Source: an uncultured Chloroflexia bacterium (lineage in GTDB: Bacteria > Chloroflexota > Limnocylindria > Limnocylindrales > CSP1-4). From it: DNA of 64,000 nucleotides. The notes under the pieces are model-generated. The model did not search any database. It worked only from the letters and a program-made list of their open reading frames with translations, and was not told the origin of the DNA. The first letter of the stretch is position 1, and every line of letters starts with the position of its first letter. The stretch is taken from contig CAVYIM010000004.1 in assembly GCA_963768655.1 (NCBI GenBank), positions 244,761 to 308,760 of the forward strand, in the 5' to 3' direction. Position numbers and translations under genes: made by a program. Positions 46,050 through 55,794 of this stretch are shown piece by piece.

Positions 46050-48377
46050 ATGGCCGACTGTGGCACTAAGACCTACAAGGCCGCCAAGCGCTACATCTAC
46101 GCCTGGGGCGGCGGCAAGGCCGAGGGCAACGGCGGGATGAAGGATCTGCTGGGCGGCAAGGGTGCCGGCCTGGCGGAGATGACCAACGCGGGTCTGCCGA
46201 CTCCCCCCGGATTCACCATCACCACCGAAGCCTGCAACGACTATTTCGCCGCCGGCAAGACTCTCCCGGCCGGCCTCTGGGACGACGTCCTGGCCGCGGT
46301 GAAGGTCGTGGAGACTCGGACCGGCAAGGGCTTCGGCGACGCGAAGAATCCGCTCCTGGTCTCCGTCCGCTCCGGCGCCAAGTTCAGTATGCCGGGCATG
46401 ATGGACACCGTCCTCAACCTTGGCCTCAACGAGACCACGCTCCAGGGCCTCATCGCCTTCACCGGCAACGAGCGCTTCGGCTGGGACGCCTATCGCCGCT
46501 TCATCAGCATGTTCGGCCGGATCGTGCTCGACGTCCCGTCCGAGCGCTTCGACAAGCCGCTCGAGGCCGCCAAGAAGAAGCACGGCAAGGACGCCAAGGA
46601 CACGGACCTCGCGGCTGCTGATCTGATGGCCCTGGCAGCCAGGTATAAGGAGATCGTGCGCGAGGCCGCCGGCCGCGAGTTTCCCGACGATCCCAACGAA
46701 CAGCTGGACCTGGCCATCAAGGCCGTCTTCGCCTCGTGGTTCGGCAAGCGCGCCCACGACTACCGCGAGCACGAGAAGATCCCGCACGACCTCGGCACTG
46801 CGGTCAACGTGGTGACCATGGTCTTCGGCAACATGGGCGACGACTCCGGGACAGGCGTCGCCTTCACACGCGACCCCAACACGGGCGAGAAGGTCCTCTA
46901 CGGCGAGTACCTGGTCAACGCCCAGGGCGAGGACGTGGTGGCGGGCATCCGCACGCCGTCCCCGATTGCGGCCCTGGCCCAGGACATGCCCAAGGTCTAC
47001 GTCGAGTTCACGAAGATCGCCGACAAGCTCGAGAAGCACTACAAGGACGTCCAGGACCTCGAGTTCACCATCGAGCGCGGCCACCTGTACATGCTCCAGA
47101 CCCGCAGCGCCAAGCGGACGGCCGCTGCCGCGATGCGGATCGCCATCGACATGGTCCAGGAGCAGGTGATTACCCGCGAGGAGGCAGTCCAGCGCGTAGG
47201 CCGATCCCTGGCGAATCCGCCGCGGATCTCGGTCGATCGCCATGACCGGCGGACCGCACTGACTGTCGGTACGCCCGCCGTTCCGGGCGTGGCATGGGGT
47301 GAGATCGTCACATCGCCGGACGCCGCCGTGACGGCGGCACGAGCGGGCAAGCGCGTGATCCTGACACGGCCCGAGACGTGCCCGGACGATGTCCACGGCA
47401 TGGAGGTCTCTCAGGGGATCCTGACCTCGACGGGCGGCAAGACTTCACATGCCGCCGTAGTTGCTCGCGAGTTCGGGATCCCGGCGGTCGTTGGCGCAGG
47501 TGATCTGCAGGTCGGCGACGGGGTCGTCACGATCAACGGTCGTCTCTTCAAGGACGGCGACACCATCACTATCGACGGATCCACCGGGGAGGTCTTCGCC
47601 GGCGAGGTCCAGGGCAGCACCGTCGTCGTGCCCGAGGCAGCCACCCTGCTTGCCTGGGCGAAGGATGTCGGCATCCCAATCGGTGAGCCTGCAGGCGGGC
47701 CGGCCGTCGAGGCACCGGCACCGGCGGCGGCCCCGGCCAAGCCGGCGGCCCCGGCTGAGCTTAGCGCCGACGATGTTCTCCGTGGCCTCATGATCAAGGG
47801 ACAGGTAACCCCTGAAGCGCTCGCCGTGGCGCTGGCCAGCCCACCGGACGAAGTCGCGCCACTCATCGACGGTCTCGTGGCCGAGGAACTGGCCGAGACT
47901 GTGGCCGAGGCGTCCCGGCTGACTCCGGAGGGCAGGCTGCGGGCGCTGGATGTCTTCGCCGCCGACCGCGAACGAGCCGGGGGCGAGGCGGCCTGCGTCG
48001 CCGCGCTGGACCAGTTCATCGTGCTCGACGGCAGGATGAAGGACCTGGTCACGGCCTGGCAGATTCGGGACGCCGCCAACCAGGTTTTCAACGACCACTC
48101 TGACGCCGCCTACGACGCATCTGTTCTCGATCGGCTCGGCGACATCCACGTCGGTGTAGCGGAGTTGCTGGACCTGCTCGGGACCAAGCTCTGGCGGATG
48201 GCTTGCTACCGCGAACGGCTGGAGCGTGCCTTGGCCGCTGCCCGGGCCGGCGATCCCAGGTTCGTGGCGGGGGTGCGGGTCGACAGCTACCACAGCGTCT
48301 GGTTCGAACTGCACGACGACCTCATCCGGCTGTGCGGTCGCACGCGCGCCGACGAAGTCGCCGCGGGTCGGGCCTGA
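46050..48377 (+). CDS. Pyruvate-phosphate-dikinase-like protein. It has the PPDK N-terminal ATP-grasp domain and central phosphohistidine domain, but the C-terminal PEP/pyruvate TIM-barrel is replaced by an unrelated ~245-aa domain after an Ala/Pro-rich linker.
   Basis: GGKGAGLAEM, the PPDK_N region, and the mobile-domain motif GGKTSHAAVVAREFGIPAVVG. Linker PAGGPAVEAPAPAAAPAKPAAPAELS. AAGGAGAG RBS before the ATG at 46050. Confidence 0.6.
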   Translation: MADCGTKTYKAAKRYIYAWGGGKAEGNGGMKDLLGGKGAGLAEMTNAGLPTPPGFTITTEACNDYFAAGKTLPAGLWDDVLAAVKVVETRTGKGFGDAKNPLLVSVRSGAKFSMPGMMDTVLNLGLNETTLQGLIAFTGNERFGWDAYRRFISMFGRIVLDVPSERFDKPLEAAKKKHGKDAKDTDLAAADLMALAARYKEIVREAAGREFPDDPNEQLDLAIKAVFASWFGKRAHDYREHEKIPHDLGTAVNVVTMVFGNMGDDSGTGVAFTRDPNTGEKVLYGEYLVNAQGEDVVAGIRTPSPIAALAQDMPKVYVEFTKIADKLEKHYKDVQDLEFTIERGHLYMLQTRSAKRTAAAAMRIAIDMVQEQVITREEAVQRVGRSLANPPRISVDRHDRRTALTVGTPAVPGVAWGEIVTSPDAAVTAARAGKRVILTRPETCPDDVHGMEVSQGILTSTGGKTSHAAVVAREFGIPAVVGAGDLQVGDGVVTINGRLFKDGDTITIDGSTGEVFAGEVQGSTVVVPEAATLLAWAKDVGIPIGEPAGGPAVEAPAPAAAPAKPAAPAELSADDVLRGLMIKGQVTPEALAVALASPPDEVAPLIDGLVAEELAETVAEASRLTPEGRLRALDVFAADRERAGGEAACVAALDQFIVLDGRMKDLVTAWQIRDAANQVFNDHSDAAYDASVLDRLGDIHVGVAELLDLLGTKLWRMACYRERLERALAAARAGDPRFVAGVRVDSYHSVWFELHDDLIRLCGRTRADEVAAGRA

Positions 48378-48463
48378 CGAGCACACAACGACATCGAGCA
48401 TCCGACCTGCCGAGGTCGGCCAGAACGGCGGATGGATCCGCCACGCGACGAAGCGAGGACGTC

Positions 48464-48832
48464 ATGTTCACGCGAATTGACCGGGCCGAGACTGCGATCA
48501 CGCCCATGCCCGGTCGTAACTGGCACGCTTACATCGGCCCTCAGACCGCCCCGACCAGGCACCTCTCGATGGGCGTCTCCGTCTACGAGCCAGGAGTTCG
48601 TCCCACGGGCCACGTGCACGAGGCCGCGGAGGAGACGGTCTACTGCCTCTCCGGGCGCGGCAGGCTCGTCTGCGATGCGGGACCGGCCGAGCTCGAGTCC
48701 GGCGTCGCGGTCTTCATCCCGGCCGGGACGTTCCACGCCACCGAGTGCGACGGCCCGGAGCCGCTCGAACTGCTTTGCGTCTTCACGCCGCCCGTGGTGC
48801 CGGGCTCGTACGAGAAGAAGACACAATCATGA
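48464..48832 (+). CDS. Cupin domain protein
   Basis: GHVHEAAEETVYCLSGRGRL. Stop overlaps the transketolase start (ATGA). Confidence 0.65.
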   Translation: MFTRIDRAETAITPMPGRNWHAYIGPQTAPTRHLSMGVSVYEPGVRPTGHVHEAAEETVYCLSGRGRLVCDAGPAELESGVAVFIPAGTFHATECDGPEPLELLCVFTPPVVPGSYEKKTQS

Positions 48833-49716
48833 AGACGACTGCCCAGGACCCGGAAATCGGCCGGCTGGAAGAGGCTGCCCGCCGTATTCGCGTGGAGATC
48901 ATCCGCGCCGTGAACCAGGCCAAGGCCGGGCACCTGGGCGGGCCGCTCTCGGCGGCTGACGTGCTCGCCGCGCTGTACTTCCGCGTCATGCGCATCAGGC
49001 CCGAAGAACCAGGCTGGCCGGATCGCGACCGGTTCGTTCTCTCCAAAGGCCACTCGTCGATCGGGCTGTATGCCGCGCTGGCCCTGCGTGGCTACTTCCC
49101 CGTCGAGGAGCTCGCGACCTTCGATGCCGCCGGAACCCGGCTGCAGGGGCATCCGGACATGACCAAGCTGCCCGGGCTGGACATGTCCACCGGATCGCTC
49201 GGCATGGGCATCTCGGCCGGTCTCGGGATCGCCCTCGGAGCGCGCCTGACCGGTCGGAGCGACGTTCGGACATACGTCATGCTCGGCGACGGCGAATGCC
49301 AGGAAGGCGAGGTCTGGGAGGCGGCAATGGTCGGGGCCCGGTACCGCCTGGACACACTGATCGCGATCGTGGACCACAACAAGCTCCAGCAGTACGGCTG
49401 GGCCGGTGACGGACCCGACGGCCGCCTGCCACCGGAAGAGCCGGACGAGCTCCTGGCCAAATGGACAGCCTTCGGCTGGCGAGTCCTGGAGGTCGACGGC
49501 CACGACATGGCCGCCGACGTAGAAGTGCTCGAGCGCGCGCGCGAAGGCGACGGCCGGCCCACGGTCGTGATCTCCCACACCATCAAGGGCAAGGGCGTCT
49601 CATTCATGGAGGGCCACTACTACTGGCACACGAGGCCGCTCACGGCGGACGAGTTCGCCACGGCGATGGCCGAGCTCGGTGAGCCGGTGGCGGCGACGAA
49701 TGGAGGCGCCCGATGA
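48829..49716 (+). CDS. Transketolase, N-terminal subunit (split transketolase)
   Basis: GHLGGPLSAADVLAALY and GDGECQEGEVWEA (TPP-binding). Confidence 0.8.
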   Translation: MKTTAQDPEIGRLEEAARRIRVEIIRAVNQAKAGHLGGPLSAADVLAALYFRVMRIRPEEPGWPDRDRFVLSKGHSSIGLYAALALRGYFPVEELATFDAAGTRLQGHPDMTKLPGLDMSTGSLGMGISAGLGIALGARLTGRSDVRTYVMLGDGECQEGEVWEAAMVGARYRLDTLIAIVDHNKLQQYGWAGDGPDGRLPPEEPDELLAKWTAFGWRVLEVDGHDMAADVEVLERAREGDGRPTVVISHTIKGKGVSFMEGHYYWHTRPLTADEFATAMAELGEPVAATNGGAR

Positions 49717-50681
49717 CGCTGCCGCTCGGTCACGCCATGCGCGAAGTGTTCGGCGAGACCGTCGCCGAGCTGGCCGACACCGATCCCCGCATCGTCATGC
49801 TCGACGCCGACGTCGGCAGCTCCACGAGGGCTGACATCTTCGAGCACCGCCATCCGGATCGCTATCTCCAGATGGGCATCGCCGAGCAGAACATGCTCGG
49901 AGTGGCCGCCGGCCTGGCGACAGTGGGTCTGATCCCGTTCGTCAGCACGTTCGTCGCCTTCGCCGTGGTCAGGCCCCTGGACCAGATCCGCGTCCTGATC
50001 GCCCAGACGGGCTTGAACGTGAAGATAACTCCGAGCTACGCGGGGCTCTTCACCGGAGTGACCGGCAAGACGCACCTGATCGTGGACGACGTCTCGATCA
50101 TGCGGGCGATGCCGGGCATGGTCACGGTCTGCCCGGCCGATGACATCGAGGCGGCCCAGGCACTGCGGTGGTGCGCTTCCTACCAGGGGCCCGCCTACAT
50201 CAGGCTCGTTCGCGACGCGACGCAGCGGCTCTTCGACGGCGCCTACGCGTTCGAGTTCGGGCGGGCCGTCGTTGTCCGCGAGGGTCGCGACGTGACGCTG
50301 ATCAGCACCGGCACGCAGACGCCGCGCGTCGTCGACGCCGCGGAGATGCTTGCCGCGCAGGGCATCGAAGCGCACGTCCTCCACGTTCCGACGATCAAGC
50401 CACTCGACGTGCCGGCGATCGTCGCAGCCGCGGCCAGGACCGGCTGCGTGGTCACCGTGGAAGAGCACACGGTCATCGGCGGTCTCGGCGGCGCCGTAGC
50501 CGAGGCCCTGTCCGAGCATCGCCCGACCCTGGTCAAACGGCTGGGCATGCAGGACGTCTTCGGCGAGTCGGCATCCAACGCGGCGCTGCTCGAGCTGTAC
50601 GGCCTGTCCGCGGCCCGCGTATCGGAACAGGTCGCGGCGATCTGCCGAGCCAGAGGAAAGGAGGCGGCCGCGCGGAGTTGA
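49713..50681 (+). CDS. Transketolase, C-terminal subunit
   Basis: MGIAEQNMLGVAAGLA and the pyrimidine-binding plus C-terminal domains. Start overlaps the upstream stop. Confidence 0.8.
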   Translation: MTLPLGHAMREVFGETVAELADTDPRIVMLDADVGSSTRADIFEHRHPDRYLQMGIAEQNMLGVAAGLATVGLIPFVSTFVAFAVVRPLDQIRVLIAQTGLNVKITPSYAGLFTGVTGKTHLIVDDVSIMRAMPGMVTVCPADDIEAAQALRWCASYQGPAYIRLVRDATQRLFDGAYAFEFGRAVVVREGRDVTLISTGTQTPRVVDAAEMLAAQGIEAHVLHVPTIKPLDVPAIVAAAARTGCVVTVEEHTVIGGLGGAVAEALSEHRPTLVKRLGMQDVFGESASNAALLELYGLSAARVSEQVAAICRARGKEAAARS

Positions 50682-51116
50682 ACTCGCATCAGGGCATGCC
50701 GCCGTCCATCGAACGGCGGCCAACGGTCGGAACCCGCCAACTTGCCCCGGAGGAGACAACCTTGCGATCGCCGGCCCGTAGATACGCGGGACCGGGTCGC
50801 ATGCGTCGAGGATCAGCATGGTCGGCCGGGCCCCCAGGCCTTTGCGGTCGACCTCGGTTCACGACGGCCCGCCTTCGATCCCGCCTCGGGATCCTGACGG
50901 ACACAGGTCGGATCGCCATAGCGTGCCCTGCAGGCTCGGCGGCCTTCCCTCGCAGCCGTGAGTCCTGCCCAAGCGGCAGCCAATCTGGATCGGCCGTCCG
51001 CACTGGCCGCCTCGCTTCCCGATGCGCAATGCGCTCGGCGTCGACGGACGGCGGTCGAAGCATCTGGCGCGGGCGATGTTCGCGGGCCCGCATCCAAAAC
51101 GCGTGAAGGAGAGGCA

Positions 51117-52328
51117 ATGTCGAAGACCGTCTTGTTGATCGGCACGCTGGATACCAAGGGCCGAGAGTACGCCTACGTCCGCGACCTGATCCGGGCTCGC
51201 GGGCTGAACACATTCGTGCTGGACGCCGGGGTCCTGGGCGAACCGGTGTTCACGCCCGACAGCCCCGCCGCCCTCACTGCCGAAGCCGGCGGGGGCTCGC
51301 TCGCCGAGCTCCGCGAGCGGCACGATAGAGGCCACGCGATCGAGATCATGGGTCTGGGCGCGCGCGTCCTCGCGGTCAAGCTCGCCGCCGAGGGCAAGTT
51401 CGACGGCGTCATCGCCATGGGCGGCTCGGGTGGCACGTCCATCGGGAGCACAGCCATGGCGGCGCTTCCGGTGGGCATGCCCAAGTTGATCGTGTCAACC
51501 ATGGCCTCGGGCGACGTCGGCCCATACGTCGGCGTCAAGGACATCACGATGATGTACTCCGTCGTCGACGTGTCCGGGCTCAACCGCCTGTCCCGCCGGA
51601 TCTTCGCCAACGCCGCCGGGGCCATCGGCGGCATGGTCGAGCAGACGATGCCGAAGGCCGAGGACAAGCGGCTCATCGGCGCCACGATGTTCGGCGTCAC
51701 GACGCCGTGCGTCGACCGTGTGCGGGCGCGATTTGAGGCAGAAGGCTACGAGATGCTCGTCTTCCACGCGGTCGGAAGCGGCGGCCGCTCCTTCGAGGCG
51801 CTGATCACGGACGGCGTCTTCGACGGAGTCGTGGACGCAACGACGACAGAGTGGTGCGACGAGCTGGTCGGCGGCGTCCTGTCGGCCGGACCGGAGCGCC
51901 TGGATGCCGCCGCCAAGAAGGGCATCCCGCAGGTCGTCTCGCTCGGCGCACTCGACATGGTGAACTTCGGCCCGAGAGACACGCTTCCGGCCAAGTTCGA
52001 GAAGCGGAACATCTACATCCACAACCCGGAAGTGACACTCATGCGCACAACGCCCGAAGAGTGCGCGAAGCTCGGCGAGATCATCGCCAAGAAGCTCAAC
52101 AAGACCACCGGGCCCACCGCGCTGTTCGTGCCCCTCAAGGGCGTGAGCGCGATCGACGTCGAGGGCGGGCCTTTCTACGATCCCGCCGCGGACAAGGCGC
52201 TCTTCGAGGCCATTCGCAAACACATCGATCGCTCGAAGGTCGATCTGGTCGAGCTCGACCTCGCCATCAACGATCCCGCTTTCGCCGACGCGATGGTCGA
52301 CCGCCTGCAGAAGATGCTCAAGAAGTAA
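51117..52328 (+). CDS. UPF0261/Tm-1-like family protein
   Basis: MSKTVLLIGTLDTKGREYAYVRDLI. AGGAGAGG RBS. Confidence 0.6.
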   Translation: MSKTVLLIGTLDTKGREYAYVRDLIRARGLNTFVLDAGVLGEPVFTPDSPAALTAEAGGGSLAELRERHDRGHAIEIMGLGARVLAVKLAAEGKFDGVIAMGGSGGTSIGSTAMAALPVGMPKLIVSTMASGDVGPYVGVKDITMMYSVVDVSGLNRLSRRIFANAAGAIGGMVEQTMPKAEDKRLIGATMFGVTTPCVDRVRARFEAEGYEMLVFHAVGSGGRSFEALITDGVFDGVVDATTTEWCDELVGGVLSAGPERLDAAAKKGIPQVVSLGALDMVNFGPRDTLPAKFEKRNIYIHNPEVTLMRTTPEECAKLGEIIAKKLNKTTGPTALFVPLKGVSAIDVEGGPFYDPAADKALFEAIRKHIDRSKVDLVELDLAINDPAFADAMVDRLQKMLKK

Positions 52329-52370
52329 GGGCAGCCAGACACCCAGGAAATCGCCAAAGGAGGAAGGGCC

Positions 52371-53219
52371 ATGCCATTCATCGCGCGCGCCGAAGTCGTG
52401 CGGCGACTCCGTGCGCAGGCTGCCACCGGCAAGCCGATCGTGGGCTGCGGTGCCGGCACTGGCATCTCGGCCAAGATGGCCGAGGCCGGCGGCTGTGACC
52501 TGATCATCATCTACAACTCGGGACGCTACCGGATGGCCGGCCGAGGCTCCCTCGCCGGCTTACTCGCCTACGGCGACGCCAATGGCATCGTCGTCGAGAT
52601 GGCCTCCGAGGTGCTGCCGGTCGTCAAGGACGTGCCAGTCCTGGCGGGCGTCAACGGTACCGACCCGTTCCGGCTCATGCCGGTCTTTCTCAAGCAGCTC
52701 AAGGAAATCGGCTTCGACGGCGTCCAGAACTTCCCGACCGTCGGCCTCATCGACGGCGGCTTCCGGGCCAACCTGGAAGCGACCGGGATGGGCTACGACA
52801 AGGAGATCGAGACGATCCGGCTGGCGCACGAGATCGATCTCTTCACCTCCCCGTACGTCTTCAATGCAGACGACGCGAAGGCAATGGCCAAGGCCGGCGC
52901 CGACCAGTTGGTGGCCCACGTCGGCCTCACCACGGCCGGAACCATCGGCGCCGGAGTGGCCCTGACACTGGACCAGGCGATCGACCGAGTCATGGCGGTG
53001 GTCGAGGCCGGACGGTCGGTCCGCTCGGATATCCTCGTCCTTTGCCACGGCGGGCCCTTCGACGAGCCCGAGAACGTGGGCGTAGCGCTGGCGCGGATGC
53101 CGGGCGTCCAGGGTTTCTTCGGTGCTTCCAGCATCGAACGCCTGCCCACCGAGCGTGGGATCCGCGCACAGGTGGAGGAGTTCAAGCGGCTGAAGGTCGC
53201 CCCCGCCCCCAGGGCGTAG
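52371..53219 (+). CDS. Phosphoenolpyruvate-hydrolase-like TIM-barrel protein (the usual partner of UPF0261 genes)
   Basis: [37 protein letters not shown]. Immediately downstream of the UPF0261 gene. Confidence 0.55.
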   Translation: MPFIARAEVVRRLRAQAATGKPIVGCGAGTGISAKMAEAGGCDLIIIYNSGRYRMAGRGSLAGLLAYGDANGIVVEMASEVLPVVKDVPVLAGVNGTDPFRLMPVFLKQLKEIGFDGVQNFPTVGLIDGGFRANLEATGMGYDKEIETIRLAHEIDLFTSPYVFNADDAKAMAKAGADQLVAHVGLTTAGTIGAGVALTLDQAIDRVMAVVEAGRSVRSDILVLCHGGPFDEPENVGVALARMPGVQGFFGASSIERLPTERGIRAQVEEFKRLKVAPAPRA

Positions 53220-53343
53220 GCAGACGGGCCGGGTTCATCGGAAGGCGGCGGGCCCTGAGGATCGGCGACCCGCCGCCTGGTCTTGTGGCCAGCCGGTGCG
53301 CGTGGGGAGCGTCGCCGGCGGCACTGATAGGAGGCTCTGATCG

Positions 53344-54081
53344 ATGGAGATCGACGTCGCGCTCGTGCCGATGGTGGCTCGCGCCTGGAAAGCCACCGTC
53401 TGTATCGTCATCGACGAACTGCGCGCGAGCTCCACCATCACTACGATCCTGGACGGGGGCTGTTCTCGGCTGTACGTCACAGCCGGCCTGGATGCGGCAC
53501 GGCGCCTCGCCCGGCAGCACGATGGTCTGCTCGTCGGCGAACGGGGCGGCTCGGCGCCGGCGGGTTTCGACTTCGATAACTCGCCAGCCGCCCTGTCGCG
53601 CGCCGACCTGAAAGGCAGGGTCGTGATCCTTTCCACATCCAACGGAACCAGAGTGCTGGGCTGGGTAAGGGACGCGCCCGCGACCCTGGTCGGCTGCCTG
53701 CTGAACGCCCGCGCCTGTGCCGAGGCGGCGCTGGAACTGGCCGGCTCCTTGAATGCTCGAATTGGCATCGTGTGTGCGGGCACGCTGGGTGTCTTCGCGC
53801 TGGACGACGGGATCACGGCAGGCGTCATCGTGGAGCGCCTCGTGGAGACGATCGCGTCGCGGGGCGGCGTCTACGAACTGACGGAGGCCGCGGTGGCGGC
53901 CGTGCAGCTGCGAGCCAGCTATGGCGATCTGTTGACTCCACTCCAGAGCTCGGTATCAGGCAGGCTGCTGGCCAGACTGGGCACCCACGACGACGTTCCC
54001 TTCTGCGCCCGGCCGGACGTCAGCACGACCGTCCCGATCCTGCGCCCGGTTTCGCCGCTCGTCGTCGAGCCCTTCGTGTAG
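53344..54081 (+). CDS. 2-phosphosulfolactate phosphatase (ComB) family protein
   Basis: CIVIDELRASSTITTIL is the ComB family hallmark. Confidence 0.6.
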   Translation: MEIDVALVPMVARAWKATVCIVIDELRASSTITTILDGGCSRLYVTAGLDAARRLARQHDGLLVGERGGSAPAGFDFDNSPAALSRADLKGRVVILSTSNGTRVLGWVRDAPATLVGCLLNARACAEAALELAGSLNARIGIVCAGTLGVFALDDGITAGVIVERLVETIASRGGVYELTEAAVAAVQLRASYGDLLTPLQSSVSGRLLARLGTHDDVPFCARPDVSTTVPILRPVSPLVVEPFV

Positions 54082-54135
54082 CTGCCGCGTCTCCTGAGAT
54101 CCGGTCTCGGGAGCTGGACACGGCAGCTCCGGCGT

Positions 54136-54417
54136 CTATCGCCGCCCCGCGTGGACCGTTATGTCGACGCGTTCTTGATCAGAGTCTGGGCGGTCCTCGC
54201 CGGCCACCACCTGGACCGCGAAAGGCGGAAGGTATGGGTTGCGAAACTTGCGAACCCCTTCCTCGAGCCTCTTCACGCTACTGGCGGCTTCCACCACGGC
54301 CGCGACGTGCGATACGATCTGGTCCTGGATTGGCGGCATGATGTCATCGCCGACTGAAAGCCTGACGGTCTTGTAGCCCTCCCACGGCCACGGCCACTCG
54401 CGCGTCCGGGTTCCCAT
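54136..54417 (-). CDS. Small hypothetical protein (93 aa)
   Basis: ORF only; no recognisable motif. The coding call itself is uncertain. Confidence 0.25.
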   Translation of the reverse strand: MGTRTREWPWPWEGYKTVRLSVGDDIMPPIQDQIVSHVAAVVEAASSVKRLEEGVRKFRNPYLPPFAVQVVAGEDRPDSDQERVDITVHAGRR

Positions 54418-54674
54418 TGCGGCATCTCCTCATGATCGAACGCACGCGAGTCTACGACCGGGCGGCTTTCCTCCGTGGACTGTCTCAGCCCACGAGCGCT
54501 GGCCGACCGGTCGACCAGCTCGGGAACCTGGTCTGGGACGAGTTCACGATGGGCCAAGGGCCCAAGCAGGCCAGTCGAGCGGCCGCGTCGGGGGCGGGCC
54601 TCGCGTACTGGGTTCGCCGTGCGTCGGGTGCGCTGCAGGACCATGCCGGTGGCCTTCGGATCGAGCACCGACTA

Positions 54675-55568
54675 TCAGAGCGCCCGCGGTTCGATCGCGT
54701 GGACTCGTGGGACGACGTCGCGACCGAGGGCTTCGATGTTGCGAATGTCCCAAGTGTCGACGACGGTGACGATGACGTGCTGGACGCCGACAAGGGCCAT
54801 CCGGCCGAAGCGGTCGACGATCTCGTCGGCTGCCTCACGACCGAGGTCAACCGATTGCAGGGTCGTCCGCTCGATCTCAGAGAAAGCCCGACCGATCTCG
54901 TCACAGTGCTCGCGCAGGACCGCGAACTTGTGGGTCAGCTGGTCGGGGTCGCCGTACGGGTTGCAGGCGTCTGCGTACCTGGCCACCAGGCGCAGGGTCT
55001 TCCGCTCGCCGCTGCCGCCGATGATGACTCTCGGGTGTGGTTTGCTGAGTGACTGCGGCGAATTGAGCAATCGCGTCGCCTGATAGTGCTTGCCATCGAA
55101 AGCCGCCTGGGATCCGTGCTCGCCCTGCCACATCTCGAGGCAGATCTGGAGCGTCTCCTCGACCATCTCGAACCGTGTTTCCAGCGATGGCATCGGGAAA
55201 CCCAGGCCGCGGCTTTCCTCCTCGTTCCAGCCGGCGCCGATGCCGAAGTAGGCGCGCCCGCCGGTAAGGATATCCAATGTCGTTGCCGCCTTTGCCCACA
55301 GCGCCGCCTGGCGGGTGTGAACCGCGCCGACGAGCATGCCCAGCGTCGCTCTCGTCGACCGGGCCGCCATGTAGCCGAGCGCGGTGCAGGCCTCGAGCAC
55401 CGGCTCCTCGGGCCGGCCGATATTGGGGACCTGGTAGAAGTGGTCGTTCAGCCAGATGGAGTCCAGGCCCGCCGCGTCGGCCGCCTCTGCGATACGGGTC
55501 AGGGTCGGGCCAATGGCGGCGTCGCCGCCAGGCCAGGTGAACGACGGGATTTGAAGACCGATCTTCAC
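54675..55568 (-). CDS. LLM-class (luciferase-like) F420/flavin-dependent oxidoreductase
   Basis: MKIGLQIPSFTW...LDSIWLNDHF...GIGAGW is the LLM family pattern. Confidence 0.75.
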   Translation of the reverse strand: MKIGLQIPSFTWPGGDAAIGPTLTRIAEAADAAGLDSIWLNDHFYQVPNIGRPEEPVLEACTALGYMAARSTRATLGMLVGAVHTRQAALWAKAATTLDILTGGRAYFGIGAGWNEEESRGLGFPMPSLETRFEMVEETLQICLEMWQGEHGSQAAFDGKHYQATRLLNSPQSLSKPHPRVIIGGSGERKTLRLVARYADACNPYGDPDQLTHKFAVLREHCDEIGRAFSEIERTTLQSVDLGREAADEIVDRFGRMALVGVQHVIVTVVDTWDIRNIEALGRDVVPRVHAIEPRAL

Positions 55569-55584
55569 GCCGACACTCCCGCGG

Positions 55585-55794
55585 CTAGAAGTCGGTGATC
55601 CTGGTCGCCCGGTCGAGGTACTTCGCGCGGAACTGCGCGTTGAGGCGCAGGACCTCGGCCTCGGGCCCGACGAAGGAACAGCGCAGGCAGTAGTACTCGC
55701 CCCGGGCCGTGTCGAAGAGCATGTCCATGTCGATCTCCCGCATCAGGCAACGCGGGCAGCGGTAGTTCAGCTTGCCTTTTCGACCTTGAGCCAT
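55585..55794 (-). CDS. Small zinc-ribbon protein (69 aa, two CxxC pairs: CPRC...CLRC)
   Basis: MAQGRKGKLNYRCPRCLMREIDMDMLFDTARGEYYCLRCSF. Overlaps the 3' end of the upstream gene by about 28 nt. Confidence 0.4.
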   Translation of the reverse strand: MAQGRKGKLNYRCPRCLMREIDMDMLFDTARGEYYCLRCSFVGPEAEVLRLNAQFRAKYLDRATRITDF

